Below, in pieces: positions 42,336 to 55,720 of a stretch of DNA of 64,000 nucleotides. The notes below the pieces were generated by a model. It did no database searches. It was not told where the DNA came from and saw nothing but the letters and a program-made list of their open reading frames with translations. A program made the translations under genes and the position numbers. Location of the stretch: NCBI RefSeq assembly GCF_009914755.1, contig NC_060929.1; one strand, written 5' to 3'. The stretch comes from the human T2T-CHM13v2.0 reference genome, Homo sapiens. Position 1 is the first letter of the stretch. Every line of letters begins with the position of its first letter.

Positions 42336-44560
42336 GTACTGGCATCATTCATCTGGAAAAGGTATATAGGCAGCTATAGTATTAAAGTTTAGATTTCAGA
42401 GAAAGGAGCCTGAAAGTGGTCAGATTATATTCCACTGAAGATTTAATTGCTCTTTGGAAAAAAGTTATGGTGAATCGGGGTAGGAGGGTGCTGGGAATGG
42501 GGTGTCAAGGAAGAGCGAAAGAAAGGTTGATATGTCATTTGTATTCTTTTTTAACATGTCATGGAAATGTTTTATGACAAACTGAGCTAACTAAAACTGA
42601 CAGCAGCAAATAATGACTGGATCATTACATTGTAATGAATTGTATTGCTCTCAAATTGTGCCTTGCTATTTAACATATTCTGTAAATAAAGTTATGTTGC
42701 CCTTATAGAAAACAAATTTTGATTCAGAACACCTTATGTCCGTATACACATAGAAGAGGAAAATTGGGGAAAAAAGCAAATTTCTCATTTATATTAGTTG
42801 AAAGAGTAGAGCATTTTGAATCCTCTAGATTGTTTGCCTACCTCTATTTTCCTTTTGGAAATAAATTTTCATGTCCTGAAACACAGCACTTCCACTATAA
42901 GTTTTGCCTAGTTTATATTGTGTCTCTTGACATTTGGAATATATTTTGCAATACACTCTCCTTCCAAATATCTTTTACTTCTGATAAACTCTTCCCTGAA
43001 GTTTCCATGGATTCTCAGAAGTATAGTTCCTCACTGACATACTTTTTTTTTCTTGGACAGATAATATAATAATATGGTTCACAACAAAGTAAATCTATGA
43101 GCGTACCTGAGAGTATGATTACTCAATAAACTTCATATAAAAAGTGTATGGTAGTGTAGCCAAAATTAGCAATTAGGACTTAAATACTCAAATGATTGAA
43201 ATCATTCACTTCTATAGCCATTACTTGGCCATAAAAAGAAGATGTGAAGGAGGAGGCAGAGAAAAATTAATCTGTCTCCATGGACAGATTATTTTAAGTA
43301 AATTAAATATGTAACAGAGAAGACTATCAAGTTACCACTCAAGTAGCTGGAGATCCAAACCCAAAGGGAAGGCTCTGGATTTGCACTAGTTGTTACTGAC
43401 ACAGTAAGTTAATGGAACCAGTAGATCTTTTGAATACATTCTGGGTACATGAATCCTCTAATTTATCAGAAAACTTAAGTCTGTGAATTCCTGTTAAAAA
43501 AAATACAGAGGCTTAAATCATGTGATTCCTTGATTTATGTGATCCTTGAGATTTTTACACTCTCAAGTTACAGAGAAAAATTATTAAAGTTACTCAGATA
43601 TTGGGTACTAATCTTTCAGGTGCATATTCAAACTGGATTGGCAAAATCCATAAGACTTCCTGTTTGAAAATATAGCAAGTCCTTTATATGTAATAATCAC
43701 ATATACACAATACAACAATATTTCTAAAACTAGCTTTTCAAACTGCTAGAAAAATATATTTTAAAAACCTATTGTCTGACACTGTATAAATAAAACCACA
43801 TGGGCATTGGTTTTTGTTTTGATTTTTTACTTTCCTACCCTTTGTTGTTATATTGTAGAGCTACAAAAATTCAAAACAATTAAATTAATAGGTTTTAATT
43901 AACATGTTGCTGATTTAATATGTATTTAAAAGAATGACTCAGATATCTAAACTTCCTGAAGAGAAGACATAGCATTTGTGTTCACTGTACTTTTCCCAGA
44001 ATGACTACATGGTTCAGTATTCTCTTCATCAACAGATAGAGACACTGAACTGAGACTTGGAAGGTTAAAAAAAATCACCCAGCTGTTCACCTCTCAAATA
44101 CACTTATTTGTCATTTTCAGGATTCTATATTTATCCTCTCTAGGTGTCTCAAATAGTTAAAAGCAAATCCAAGAAGCATTTTAAAGAAATATCTCAATTC
44201 CTTAGCAATTTTAAATGCTGCAGATTTTAAGAATGCAAAAGTACAGCTAAAAGATTTTTTTTGGGGGGGGTCACATAACCATTCGATGGATCTATTTGTG
44301 GCTCTTAATATTTAATAATGTTGTTGCAGGAATTCATTCCTAATCAGGAAATGTGTCATTTGCCCTTGAGCACTGGTCTATGGAGTCTGAGAATAGTGCC
44401 AGGCACATTCCATAGGTCATGTAAGGCGGCCACTTTGTGACTAGCTGTTATAAATAAGGGCTCTGGGGTCAAACCTGTCTGTTCTTTGAAGAGATTGGGA
44501 GGTTTCACCCTGAAAGCAACACCAGCCCTCAGTCTGGAAACCAAGTCCCCAAGGAGACCC

Positions 44561-44658
44561 TGGGCAAGCCTTTCAAACAGCTAGGAGTGAGAGAGGAAGA
44601 ACAGCAAATGGGCAAGCCTTTCAAACAGCTAGGAGTGAGAGAGGAAGAACAGCAAATG
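44561..44658. repeat. Perfect 48-bp tandem duplication
   Basis: tgggcaagcctttcaaacagctaggagtgagagaggaagaacagcaaa at 44561-44608 and 44609-44656, followed by tg. Confidence 0.98.
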
Positions 44659-46739
44659 TCAACTTACATAAACCCGTAAGATAAGAGATGAGAAAATAAT
44701 GTTCTTTTTGCAAGGGCAGAAGTCTAACTTTCTCAGAAAAATAATGTGCAAAAATGGTGGCACTCAAAAATGTAAAGATCTGGGAAAGTCTAGTAAATAA
44801 ATCCAGGTGTTGGACTGCTTTATAGGCGGATGAAGAGTTTGGATTAAATAACCTGCCTGAAGGAGAAGGGACACATGGAGTTTGGCTTTCCCTGTCCCTG
44901 AAAGGGGTGTTTTAGAGAGGCTGTGGGCTTTTTATACAATGAGGTCAGCAGGAATAGTTGGTCTTATTAAAGAAGTGCTCTGAATAAATAGACCTATTAT
45001 AAAGACTTCTACAATGTCACTGATATTTATAGAAAAATACACACAAAGGAATATGCATAATTCTATCATCTAACAGATTATGAAATTTAAATTGCCCGCA
45101 AAGGTTACCTTTTCAATGCCCACCTCTGACCAATTCTCTCTTGAATTTCTAAGGCCCAGGACATTATCCCCATAGTCCTCTTCCAGGACCAGTCCACCAT
45201 TTCCATTTCACTGAGCTAATAAAATCATTATCTCCATTACTTGTCATTCTCCTGTCTTATTCATATTTTACACTTGGCCTTTCTATACCTTTTCCCAGAA
45301 TCCTAGAACCAAAGTTTACCAGACCAATTACACAGTGAGAGGTGGGACAATATTATTTATATTGTCCCCAATTCCATTTATGCTATGGAAACATCTTACA
45401 TTAGAAAGTATATTTTAATCTAAAAATGTTTTCTCCACTCACGAATGGCTGATTTCATATTACTGTCCTGAGGAATGTATAAAGTAATATATATGTATAA
45501 GTAAATATATATACGTACGTGTGTATATAAAGTCAGTAAATTTTTTTCTGTTTTAAACTCTACTGTATTAATCACAATATCATCTATATATAGCTTAAAG
45601 TTAGTATATGATTTATTATGATTTTATATATAATCAAGACTTTGTTATATATGTCCTTGAGGCATTTGCAATAGCTCTGCCCCAAGCATCACTACTTAAG
45701 AGCACACAGTCTCTAGGTAGAGAACTACTAGACCAAGCATTAGGGAGCTGCCTGCATTTGGTAGTCTAGGCAATAATAATAATAATAATCTGACCTAAAT
45801 CATCATCTCCATCTAATAGAAGTTCCTGCCATGGTACTTTTACAAAATAACCGGACATCAGAGCTAGTTAGCTGAATCTGAGTTTTACTCTTCCCAAGTG
45901 TAATGTCCTCCCTGCCATCTAAGCAGGCCATGCCAACTCTCAGTTGTGATGCCCCACACCTCTGCACTATTACACTGAACTTTCTTTATAGACGTCAACA
46001 TTTACTTGATGTGGGTCACAATTCCTTCTGGTTCTATTATGGAAAAAAGTAAAAGGTCATTACAGAGTAACCCCATAGGATGAATACTAACGCTGACAAG
46101 AGCAGACATCGTACAAGTGGGACAGGGGAAAAAAATCCTTTCAGTGGTTCTCTGATTGTCATGTTCTCTGTATAAGCAAGTTGGGTCAAAACACTCTCTA
46201 ACGGGAGATACTGCTCTAAACAAGGCAGATGTAAATACAAAGAGAAGTATACAAAGATCTTAAGTCTTGACCTGTGAATGGCTAATTTGAATTTGTACTG
46301 ACTGTTGGAAATGCTCTCTTGTCCTGCTGAATGGGGTGGTGCTGAAAAAGAGTTCCTCACTTCAGGAACCCAGTGAGAGTCATCATGTTTCAGGCAAGAA
46401 CCAAAGAATTTCTTTGTTTCAGAGGGCTCAGAATGAGACACTTTTTGTATGTGCATGTTCACCCACCCTGTGGTTTTACAGATACTGATCAACATAATTG
46501 CAATCTCCTGAGGATGCTTATGAGGAAGGTCAACACTTACTCACTTTTCCCAAGACAATCCTAGATTATACCTGTTGTACTGAACACTCCCCCTCATACT
46601 CAAAAGTATCCTAGTTTTGAGGATAACTATATATTTATGCTAATTATAAAGTATTCCCAAGTGTTAAGCTCTCTAGGACATCACACAGGACTGCAATGTT
46701 GACAGCTTAGTTCAGATTTTTTGACTGATTACGGCGGTC

Positions 46740-46835
46740 CCAGAAGGTCTCTCTAAAATGCATATTCCTGAGCCCAGCTCCAAAGAGAGACTTAGGAATG
46801 TGTTTGCTTAACAGGTGCTACAGTTGATTCTTCTA
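46740..46835. mobile_element. MER5A-like fragment
   Basis: aaaatgcatattcctgagccc...ttaacaggtgctacagttgattct. Confidence 0.45.
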
Positions 46836-47041
46836 AACGATAAAGTCCATTGCCATTCTCAATAATTCCCAAGAGTCTTATCCTGTGTGCTATATTTAAC
46901 TACATAACTATTTTTTACACTTCCTCTTTCTCCTTTGCCTTAGGAAGATTTCCACTTCCTAAACTTTCCCAAGCTTAATCTTGAATCTGAAGTGCTTCTG
47001 CACCTACTTTGCCACATTCCGCCCACTCACAGACCCTCCCG

Positions 47042-47233
47042 CAGGGTGTGTTGGAGGTGGATAGTACCAGCGTGCAATGGGGGGTGCATGTTTCCTCCCA
47101 ACTCAGTGATGTCATGTTGCTAGCTTAAAATTACCCATGATGAGATTACTGACACCATTCAGCAAATGCTACAAATAAAACCTTCCTCCTTCACCTCTAA
47201 AGTCATTTGTTAACATTAACCAGCGCACCACTA
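47042..47233. mobile_element. MER63A hAT-Blackjack MITE
   Basis: tcccaactcagtgatgtcatgttgctagcttaaaat...gcaaatgctacaaat...ttaaccagcgcaccact terminus. Confidence 0.75.
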
Positions 47234-47519
47234 GCTAAGCATTTACTTCTAATTATTCCACTACCCCTTTAGACAAACAAAACATCAAATGTTCCCTATA
47301 GAGAGCCAGTCTTTGTTTTACGTATGTTCAGGTAAGCCAGAGAAAAGATTCCACATCAGAAAAATAACACAGTTATCACCTATGATATTTTATCAGAAAA
47401 TATTCATTTTCTAAATAACTAAAAAAATTATTTATACTATAGAATTTTGACTTCAGGTTGAAGCTGTCCTCCTGAATTTCAGATTTCCATTCAAGCTTAG
47501 AAATTAAAGAATCATTTTT

Positions 47520-48025
47520 ATTATAAATAAGTTTATTTTTATTAATAATGTATAAAATAGATGTACACTTATTATAGAAATACCACATAAACAATTCCTC
47601 TTCGCCCCATATAGCCAGAGATATCTAGTATCAACCCTTTGTTTGGTTAGCTACACGTTTCACCTGATATTTTATCATGAACATTTTTCTGCATTAGTAA
47701 GTATACTTTTACGTATATATTTGAGTTATGTAATGTTCTGTTCTATGCATGTCATTTGGTTTAGCTGATAACCTTTTTCTTTAAAATTTTGGTAGTTTCC
47801 AAATTTGTATTATTTAACATAGCAATAATAAGAGTGTTGCTGAAGATGTTTTTGCATATATCTTTAATTGCACTTAGAATAAATTTATTGATGGATAATT
47901 GCTCTGTTAAAGGGTGCTTATTTTAACACTTTTAGTAAATAATATTAAACTTGTCTTTCAGAAAAATTGTGCCAGCCTGGTGACCTAAGTCACCAGTAGC
48001 ATATTGAATTACCCATCTTCTATTG
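47520..48025 (-). mobile_element. L1ME-type old LINE-1 3' fragment
   Basis: ggtagtttccaaatttg...ggataattgctctgttaaaggg...ttcagaaaaattgtgccag pattern of antisense L1ME. Confidence 0.6.
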
Positions 48026-49805
48026 CTGTTAAGAATATATTTATTAAAATATATATGCATATATATTAATATATAAATAGTTATATATATAATCTAATTG
48101 TTTTTATATCTTTCAGCTTTTTGGTTCTTTTCTGTAATTCTGTGATTGTGATTCCTTCAATGAAATGATCAAGTCATTAAGAAAATAAAAACGTTGAACT
48201 TTCATGAGAGATTCACTAAAGTGGCTTTGGATTAAATTTGACCTTTTAAATATAAGCTTGAACCCCAAACCAATGCAAATACAGAATCTTTCTCTTATGA
48301 TCAGAAGCCTCACGTTACTTTTTTCCTTAAGAACATACTCCAAGTCTTCAGCAATAGGGTCATTTGCTATTATTAATATTGAGAGAATGAGAGAGAGAAA
48401 ATTCTCTTTATTTTCTAAGATAGGAAACTAGAAGAGTTCAGGCTTTATAGAATCTAGAGTCTATAGTGGTGAACAATCGTTCAGCCAATAATCACAGTCT
48501 AATAAAAGGGCAGAGTGTTTTTTCGAATAATACAAAACAATAGCATTCCATAAATTCTATAAAGACAGTTTAAAAGGCTCTTAAGCACAGTTAATATAAA
48601 TATTTTAATCTTTTATATGCATGGTTGAGGTTTCCTTAGATTTCAATCCACTTCATTTCTTAAATAGCACGTCATTATTTTGCCTAGTTGAAGAACTATC
48701 ATGTAAATATTGGTATTGTACTTCAAAGGCAAAAAAGACTGTTGATTTTCAACATAAATATGCAAAGATTTCTGATATATTTGATAGTTGCTCAAGTAGG
48801 TAAGCTCTGTGGGTAAGAACATTTTACTGGAATATATCCACTGGTTAAAAAGCTATTATATGCTCTTATTGGATGTTGCTCATTTAGGCATAGAAGAATT
48901 AATACACTTCTCATGTCAAATAATTCCAAGAGGTAGTATAAACCTGCCTCCTAGGAAACGTACATCTTCTAAAGGAAAAAAATATAAAGGAGGATGACTC
49001 AAAATTGTATTCACCTTTTATATGCATGTGACAAATGCTTCCTTTTTCTTCTTGTATGACCATGCCATTCTGGACCACTTATGTGGATTAGGATGTTATG
49101 ATTTTTAAAATAAAAATATGTTATGCTTATTGAATTAAAGAATGTTAAAGAGTCAACTCTTTCAATTTGTGAAATTATTCATGCTGGAGGCAAATCCCTT
49201 TGTACTTCATGTCAGAGACCTAGTGGGAATCTTCAAATAGAAATAAGAAGAAGAAATGTCTACTGATTATAACACATTTTCTTTTGAATGAAAATCTAGT
49301 GTTTTGTTTACAAAAAGGAACATCTTGCATATCAAGGAAAAGGCCTGATCTTAAACAGAACCCAGTAATACTCACAGCAAACCCAATTAGTGAACCTCTG
49401 AAAAAAGCCAGAAGAAAACAAGATTTCCCTCTCTCTCTCTCTGTTTATGTCACATTACTAAGTATATCTAAATCCAAACATACATATTTTTCTATCAGCA
49501 TTAGTCTATGGAGAATTTAGTAGATAAAACAGAAAGTGCAGCTTCAAAGACAATACATTTTGTCCTCTCTATACCACTGTTTAATAGAAAACTAACAATG
49601 ACTATTAAATTCAATCGGCTGTCTTGGGGTTTAAGATCTATTTCTTCCTTTCCTTTTCATGGGGACTTTTTTAACCACTAAATTTTTGTTTATGACTATA
49701 TGATAAGGAAGTCAGCTATAGGAGAAAAAAAAATTGTAGTATGTTAAAGAAACTTGAAAACACACAAGTATAACATTTATAATAGATAACTAAATTCGTG
49801 AAATT

Positions 49806-50098
49806 GGCCAGTTGCGATGACTCACGCCTATAATCAATCCCAGCACTTCGGGAGGCCAAGGCAGGCAGATCACTTGAGGCCAGGAGTTCGAGATCAGCCT
49901 GACCAACATGGCAAAACCCCATCTCTACTAAAAATACAAAAATTAGCCAGGCATGATGGTAGGCATCTGCAATCTCAGCTACTTGGAAGGCTGAGGTATG
50001 AGAATCGCTTGAACCTGGAGGGTAGAGGTTGCAGTAAGCCTAGATCACTCCAGCCTGGGCAACAGAGTGAGACTCTGTCTCAAAAAAAAAAAAAAAAA
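49806..50098 (+). mobile_element. AluSz-like SINE
   Basis: gatcacttgaggccaggagttcg; A17 tail; TSD aaattcgtgaaat / aaattcatgaaat. Confidence 0.95.
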
Positions 50099-50422
50099 TT
50101 CATGAAATGGTTATACTAAATGTCTTTGAATGCCCCTAATTTCTAAACATATGTCACTAATCACAGCTACCAATTATATCTAAATGTTCCATTTGTCTAC
50201 ATTCTCAAAAACTGGTGATAACGAAGAAATAAGTTTTGAACGTTTACAAGAAATATTACACAACAGTTTCTATACTCGAGGAAATTCACTGAAAACCTTT
50301 TATTCTAATTCTTTATAGGACACTAAACCATTTATTATTTTTTCCACCCCTTTTTTTCATCTGCATAAGGTAATCTGGCTAAATGACCTGACCAATGAGA
50401 AGAGATGGTTGATACCCTAATG

Positions 50423-50761
50423 CAGGGGTCCCCAACCCCGAGGCTGCGGACCAGTACCTGTCCACAGCCTGTTATGAAACAGGCTGCAGAGCAGGAGGTG
50501 AGCTGCCGGCCAGCTAACACTACCGCCTGAGCTCTGCCTCCTGTCAGATAAGCCGCAGTGTTAGATTGGGAACATGAACCCTATTGTGAATTGTGCATGT
50601 GAGGGATCTAGGTTGTGTACCCCTTATGAGAATTTAACTAATGCCTGATGATCTGAGATGTAACAGTTTCATCTGGAAATCATGCCCCTCTGCTACCCAT
50701 CTGTGGAAAAATTGTCTTACACAAAACCAGTCCCTGGTGCCAAAAAGGTTGCGCATCACTG
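50423..50761 (+). mobile_element. MER1B hAT-Charlie MITE
   Basis: caggggtccccaaccc start; cagtccctggtgccaaaaaggtt end; 8-bp TSD ccctaatg / ctttaatg. Confidence 0.92.
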
Positions 50762-50920
50762 CTTTAATGTCTTAAAAAGTTGTTTCATATCTAAGAAGAG
50801 CAACTAAGGAAAGCCAGGGCCCAGCCAAGGTGCCAGCTAGTAAGAAAACCTGCCCTAATCACTGAACAGAGTGATGATGCCAGGCCGCAACCCAAACACG
50901 TCACAAGATGAATGGAGCAC

Positions 50921-51170
50921 AGGTGTGCTCTAGTGAAAGGGGCACAGATACTAACATTAGACCATGTGGGTGCAGATTCTGGTTCCATTTTTTGTCACTG
51001 CGTAAATTTGAACAACTTACATAATATCAGTGAGATGCCCTTATTCTAATCTGTAAGATATGAATAATAATAGTGTCATTTCTTGACTCTTTCGAGAATT
51101 AAATGAGATAATGTGTTTAATGATGTTAGTGCTGTGGCTGGAATAATAAATGTGAGCATTTATCATCATT
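50921..51170 (+). mobile_element. MIRb SINE
   Basis: atctgtaagatatgaataataatag...gagaattaaatgagataatg. Confidence 0.7.
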
Positions 51171-54100
51171 AAACATCCAGCCTATGGTAGTACACATGTT
51201 CAGAAAATCAGCCCAATGCATATGACTTCTTCTTAGACAGAAAATGCTAGCTAGAAAAGTTTTTTGTATTTTTCTAATTATTTGAAACTTGTTTCTATAC
51301 TTTGGGCTCCAGCAGGTCTGAAAATAGATTTAAGAAAAGGTGTTCTGTGGCAAACAAAGGGAGACTGAGAGAGTCATCCATCACTATGCACCCCATCCAA
51401 CTTGGACAGAGTTAATTTTATAGACCCAGGATATTTGCAAAACCCTAAAGGGACTGTAGAGTGGCTGCCCTGAGATGTCTCAGATTCTGTGAAGCAGGCG
51501 GTCTTCTGGTGGGCTGATAGACCACAAGAGAGGCCTCTAAAGGCCTGCTGGCTCCAGTGTGCATTCTCTATGGTCACCCCCGAGCGTCACCAACTGGTTA
51601 TACACCAAATGGTGGGTGGGATGTTCAGAATAGGTGACGACTCATAGTTATTTAAAATGCATGTCTATGTTACCTGGAGGGAGCCTCCAAGCCCCCATGA
51701 GCAGATTAGCATAGATTAATTTGTCAGATTAGCTAGCTGACATTTGGGGCCCTGAGGGGAAGAGCAGGAAACTTTCTGTGAGAGGAGCAGAATGGCAGAG
51801 AGAAGGGAGGGTGCAGGCCTGGGATAGAGTAGGAGGGAGAAGCTGTGCAAAGAGGAGAGGAGCAGCCACGGCAACCTTCTCCAAACCACATGGCCCACAC
51901 CTGACCCTGGAAGGAAAGGACTGCTTCACAGTGGTGCAGAATTCAACCAGGTCCTTGACAATGTCCCAGCAACTCAGTAAGGAAAAAGAGATCCTCCATA
52001 GAGGACAAGGAGTACCTCCTCACTATGAACCAGACTCGGGACACCCAAGGCAAAGTGTTTTGCTTATATTAGGTTCAATAATTTTTAGTAATAGGAACTA
52101 GAATCAATTATAGAAGAAGAAGAGCTTTATCAACAAAGGAAAATACTGTTCTGGGTAAACAAAAGAGAGAGAACTCCATACAGAAAAGTGCCTCAGAAGC
52201 ACTGTTATAAATCAGGTACCACAGTCTCTGTTTTGCCCTCTCCATCACAGTTTTGGCTACTGACAATCCACAAAATACTCAATAGGAATCAAGATGATGT
52301 ATATGTACTAGTAGTCCCGAATGTATCCCAGGGAGCTGATAGAATTCTAAGTAATATTAAAAGAGCCACTTTAAAATATGTACATATGTTACCCAACTGA
52401 AATTTTGTTTATTTATCAAAATTAAAATTAATTTTTTGTGGCCAATAGCTATTTTGCAGCATCTAATTTCCCACAGGAAACTTGAAACTTTGAAATTCAT
52501 TACAAGCCCTTGTGCTATGAAATAAGTATTAAAAATATGAGAAAATGCCCTTCTTGGTCTTAACGAATTTACCAAGTGTCAAAAGCAAATGGTAAATTAA
52601 TATTTTGGAGCCCAAGAATCAAAACTTGAGAGAAGGCTCTGTTCTTTAAGAAAAAAAGCGTATTTTCTCATTTGTTTATTCAAGTACTACTTTTTTCAAC
52701 TTTATAGATAATCCTGGACATCCAGAACTATTTTCCCCACAAGAAAACTATCTGATATTTAGATCTGAATGAGTTGACTAGTTAAGAGGTGAGTAAGAAG
52801 TAATATTTGCATCTCTTTAAATATCTATGTGTATATTTGTCATCACCAAGTGAAGCTTTGTCCATTTATGCAAAGCAAACTTCAGCAGAATTTGGAGAGT
52901 GAGTCAGAACATCCCTAGGAGCCAAAAAGGCCATTTGCTCTCTCAATCTTTTATACAGAGGATCCAAGCATAATCAAAGGATAGCAGTACCCTTCACTAT
53001 TTCAATAAATAAACATGAGTGAAAGAAAAACACAGGCAAAAGAATTTAGCCGCTAAAACTCCTTTGCTACATTACATATTCAGCTTTGAGCACAAGTTTT
53101 AAAAATACAGTTTAGGCTTGGGAAACATTAGTTTTCAGGCCATCTAGTCAATTTCCTACAAATGTTGAATGGCTAATCATAGAATAATTTCATAGGGCTT
53201 TTTGTTGAGTTATTGTTGTTTTGAATGTTCAGTTAAATTATTTACCAATGGAGTCAGCAGTGAAAATTGTTATCACTGGTATAAAACCTTTCTGTTTTTC
53301 ATCTGGGAGCATAATTTTGTTATTCTTACTCTCTCAGTTGTGTTACTAATGAGTACTAAAAATAATTGTTGTATAACCACTGTTATTCATCACTAAACTT
53401 GGAACTTAGAAACTCTAAAAAAGAAAAAAAGCTATTGAGCTATTGACTAGAAAGTCAAGGCATGAGAAGTAGACTGGAAGTGACATAGTTTTGAGAATGA
53501 GCTGCCCTATTGCAGCATATTCAACTTCTGTCATTAGGATTTTAAGTTCATGCCCAGTTTACATGGGTGGTATTTAGGAGTTAATGAATTTCTGCCAAAG
53601 TGAGTAATGTGGTCCTTTTTCACTGATAAGATTAAGACCAATACCTTTCCCAACTAGCGTTAAGTAGCAATGAACTTCTTCATCCTTGTGAACAGAGCTT
53701 GACAGACATTGTCAGACTCTCATTCCTGAGGTATCATTGTCATTCACTCTGCATTAACCCCGCTAGGAGCTACTGCTGGATTTAGCCTTCAAAGTCTCCT
53801 CATTATTTGACAAGTTAGAAGAGGTAGTGGAACTACTAGTAATTGGGGAACTACAACTCTATCCCAGCAAGTGACCTTGTCCCCAAACTAAGCTCTGGCT
53901 GGCCCCAGGTAGAACAACCTTAATTGGCAGAGTAGTTATTATTGCGGCTCTTCAACAGGCGTATTCCAGGGAAGGAATGGGCGAGAAGAATTTCAGCACA
54001 ATGCAGTGCAGATGAAATGCTGATAACTCCATCTGAGGCTGGCATATTGTGTGCAAGTGTCACTAACTTTGGATTTATCTCTGCCACTTATTTTCCATCT

Positions 54101-55622
54101 TAAAGAAGAACTTGATTTAGAGCTTCAAATAATTACCTCCAAATGAATGAGAGGTGAACATATGCAAACAAAATTTTAAGTGGGAGCTGAGGTTTCCTTC
54201 TGCCCTCTGACTTTAAAAATCTGATCCCCAGCACAGAGTCAGATTGATATTAAGTTGATACTCAAATAACTTTGGTGAACTTTTAATTCGCTTTTACATT
54301 TTTCAGACCCATATGCTCCCAAGTACCATCTGAAGCTGGAAACTACAAATAATACAAAGACTATTTTTTGTTTCCTAATAGTTTGTTTTCGTGATCAAGT
54401 GGATTAAACATTTTAGATCTTACTAGAAAGCTCTGAAAACGGAAAGGTTTGAATTCTAATGAAACAATTTTCATAAATATCTTAATCTTGAGATGCCATA
54501 CTATAATTAAAAATAAATCAGCATGCAGAAGTTTGTCTAGCACTTTGAACAATGGAATATCTCTTTGGTTAGTTATTACTTAATATTCAAAAAATGGAAT
54601 ATTTTTAAATAATGCTCAAAATCTGGTTTCTTAAAGCCAAAGCATTGTTATATTAGTCTTTTGACGTATAGAAAAATGTATATCTTAACCCAAAACTAGA
54701 GTTCAAATATTCCTTTGTAACGTAATTCCAATGGAAAATAGCTCAATGCTCCTCTCCCTGCTGTTAAAGAAAAAAGATTCAGTCTCGTCCATGTACTTTA
54801 TCATTATGCAGCACTTGCAGAAGTGTGGAATAGGAACATCCATAAAATGTACATGCTTGTGGCTATTTGTCAAAATAACAACTAAGGAAGGTGGCGCTAG
54901 CTTTCTCAAATATTTTCCACAAGCTTCCTAAGTGAAATATGTCTTATATTACTCTTTGTTATAAGTAACTTACTAATCTAAGTTGAGTTTTAAAGATTTG
55001 GTAAAACTTCAGTGTTTTCAAAAATTATTTACAGTCTATATGCAGCAAAGCAAGAAATTAGAAATGGGGCCATCACTATTACCGTCTGAATTTGTATATT
55101 TGTGGGGCCAAGCAGCCATTCAAAATGAATGAGGCAAAGACTAAAAGACAAAAAATATACTTATCTTCAGATTAAAGTATGAGAATATTCAGATAAATGT
55201 ACAAGTATAAATCTAAATTATCCAAATCCACTACATTATTCTGTAATATTTGTTTTGCTATCATCAAATAAATATGACCTGTATCAATTTAATTACAAGC
55301 AAATGTATATGAAAAGCAAAAATTTCTCACCTTGATTTAGGACTACAGGTGTTATATATTTGAGATCTACTAATTCTGAACTTAATCAAATGTATTCTTT
55401 AGTCTCTGATAGTTTCTATGATTGGCTCTCATGCATGAGAATTGTCATTAAAGTCATGTTCATTTTCTCTCTCTCTCTTTTTTTTTTTTTTGCATTGAGT
55501 GTAAATCCTAAGCTATTCCAAAATACAGAGAAAAAACAGCAATCTTTGACATGCCCAAGAAACTTCAACGTGTGGAATTAGATGTATTAACAAAACATAG
55601 GAACCTTAAGTGGTCAGGGAGT

Positions 55623-55720
55623 TAGAGTAACCCACAGTTCCTATTTGCCCAAGACCGAAGATTCCTGGGACATAGAACTTTGAGTGTTTAGTGTAAAACC
55701 AGAACAAGTTGGTCCTCTTC
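55623..55720. mobile_element. MER81-like hAT-Blackjack MITE
   Basis: tagagtaacc...tttgcccaagac...ttcctgggaca...aaaccagaacaagttggtc. Confidence 0.6.

Noticed and set aside
44561-44656. Direct repeat as a CRISPR array
   Set aside because: Two abutting copies, no spacers, no cas genes, primate DNA
53848-53870. ZNF143/SBS-like ACTACAA...TCCCAGCA
   Set aside because: Spacing is broken by extra bases and there is no promoter or CpG-island context
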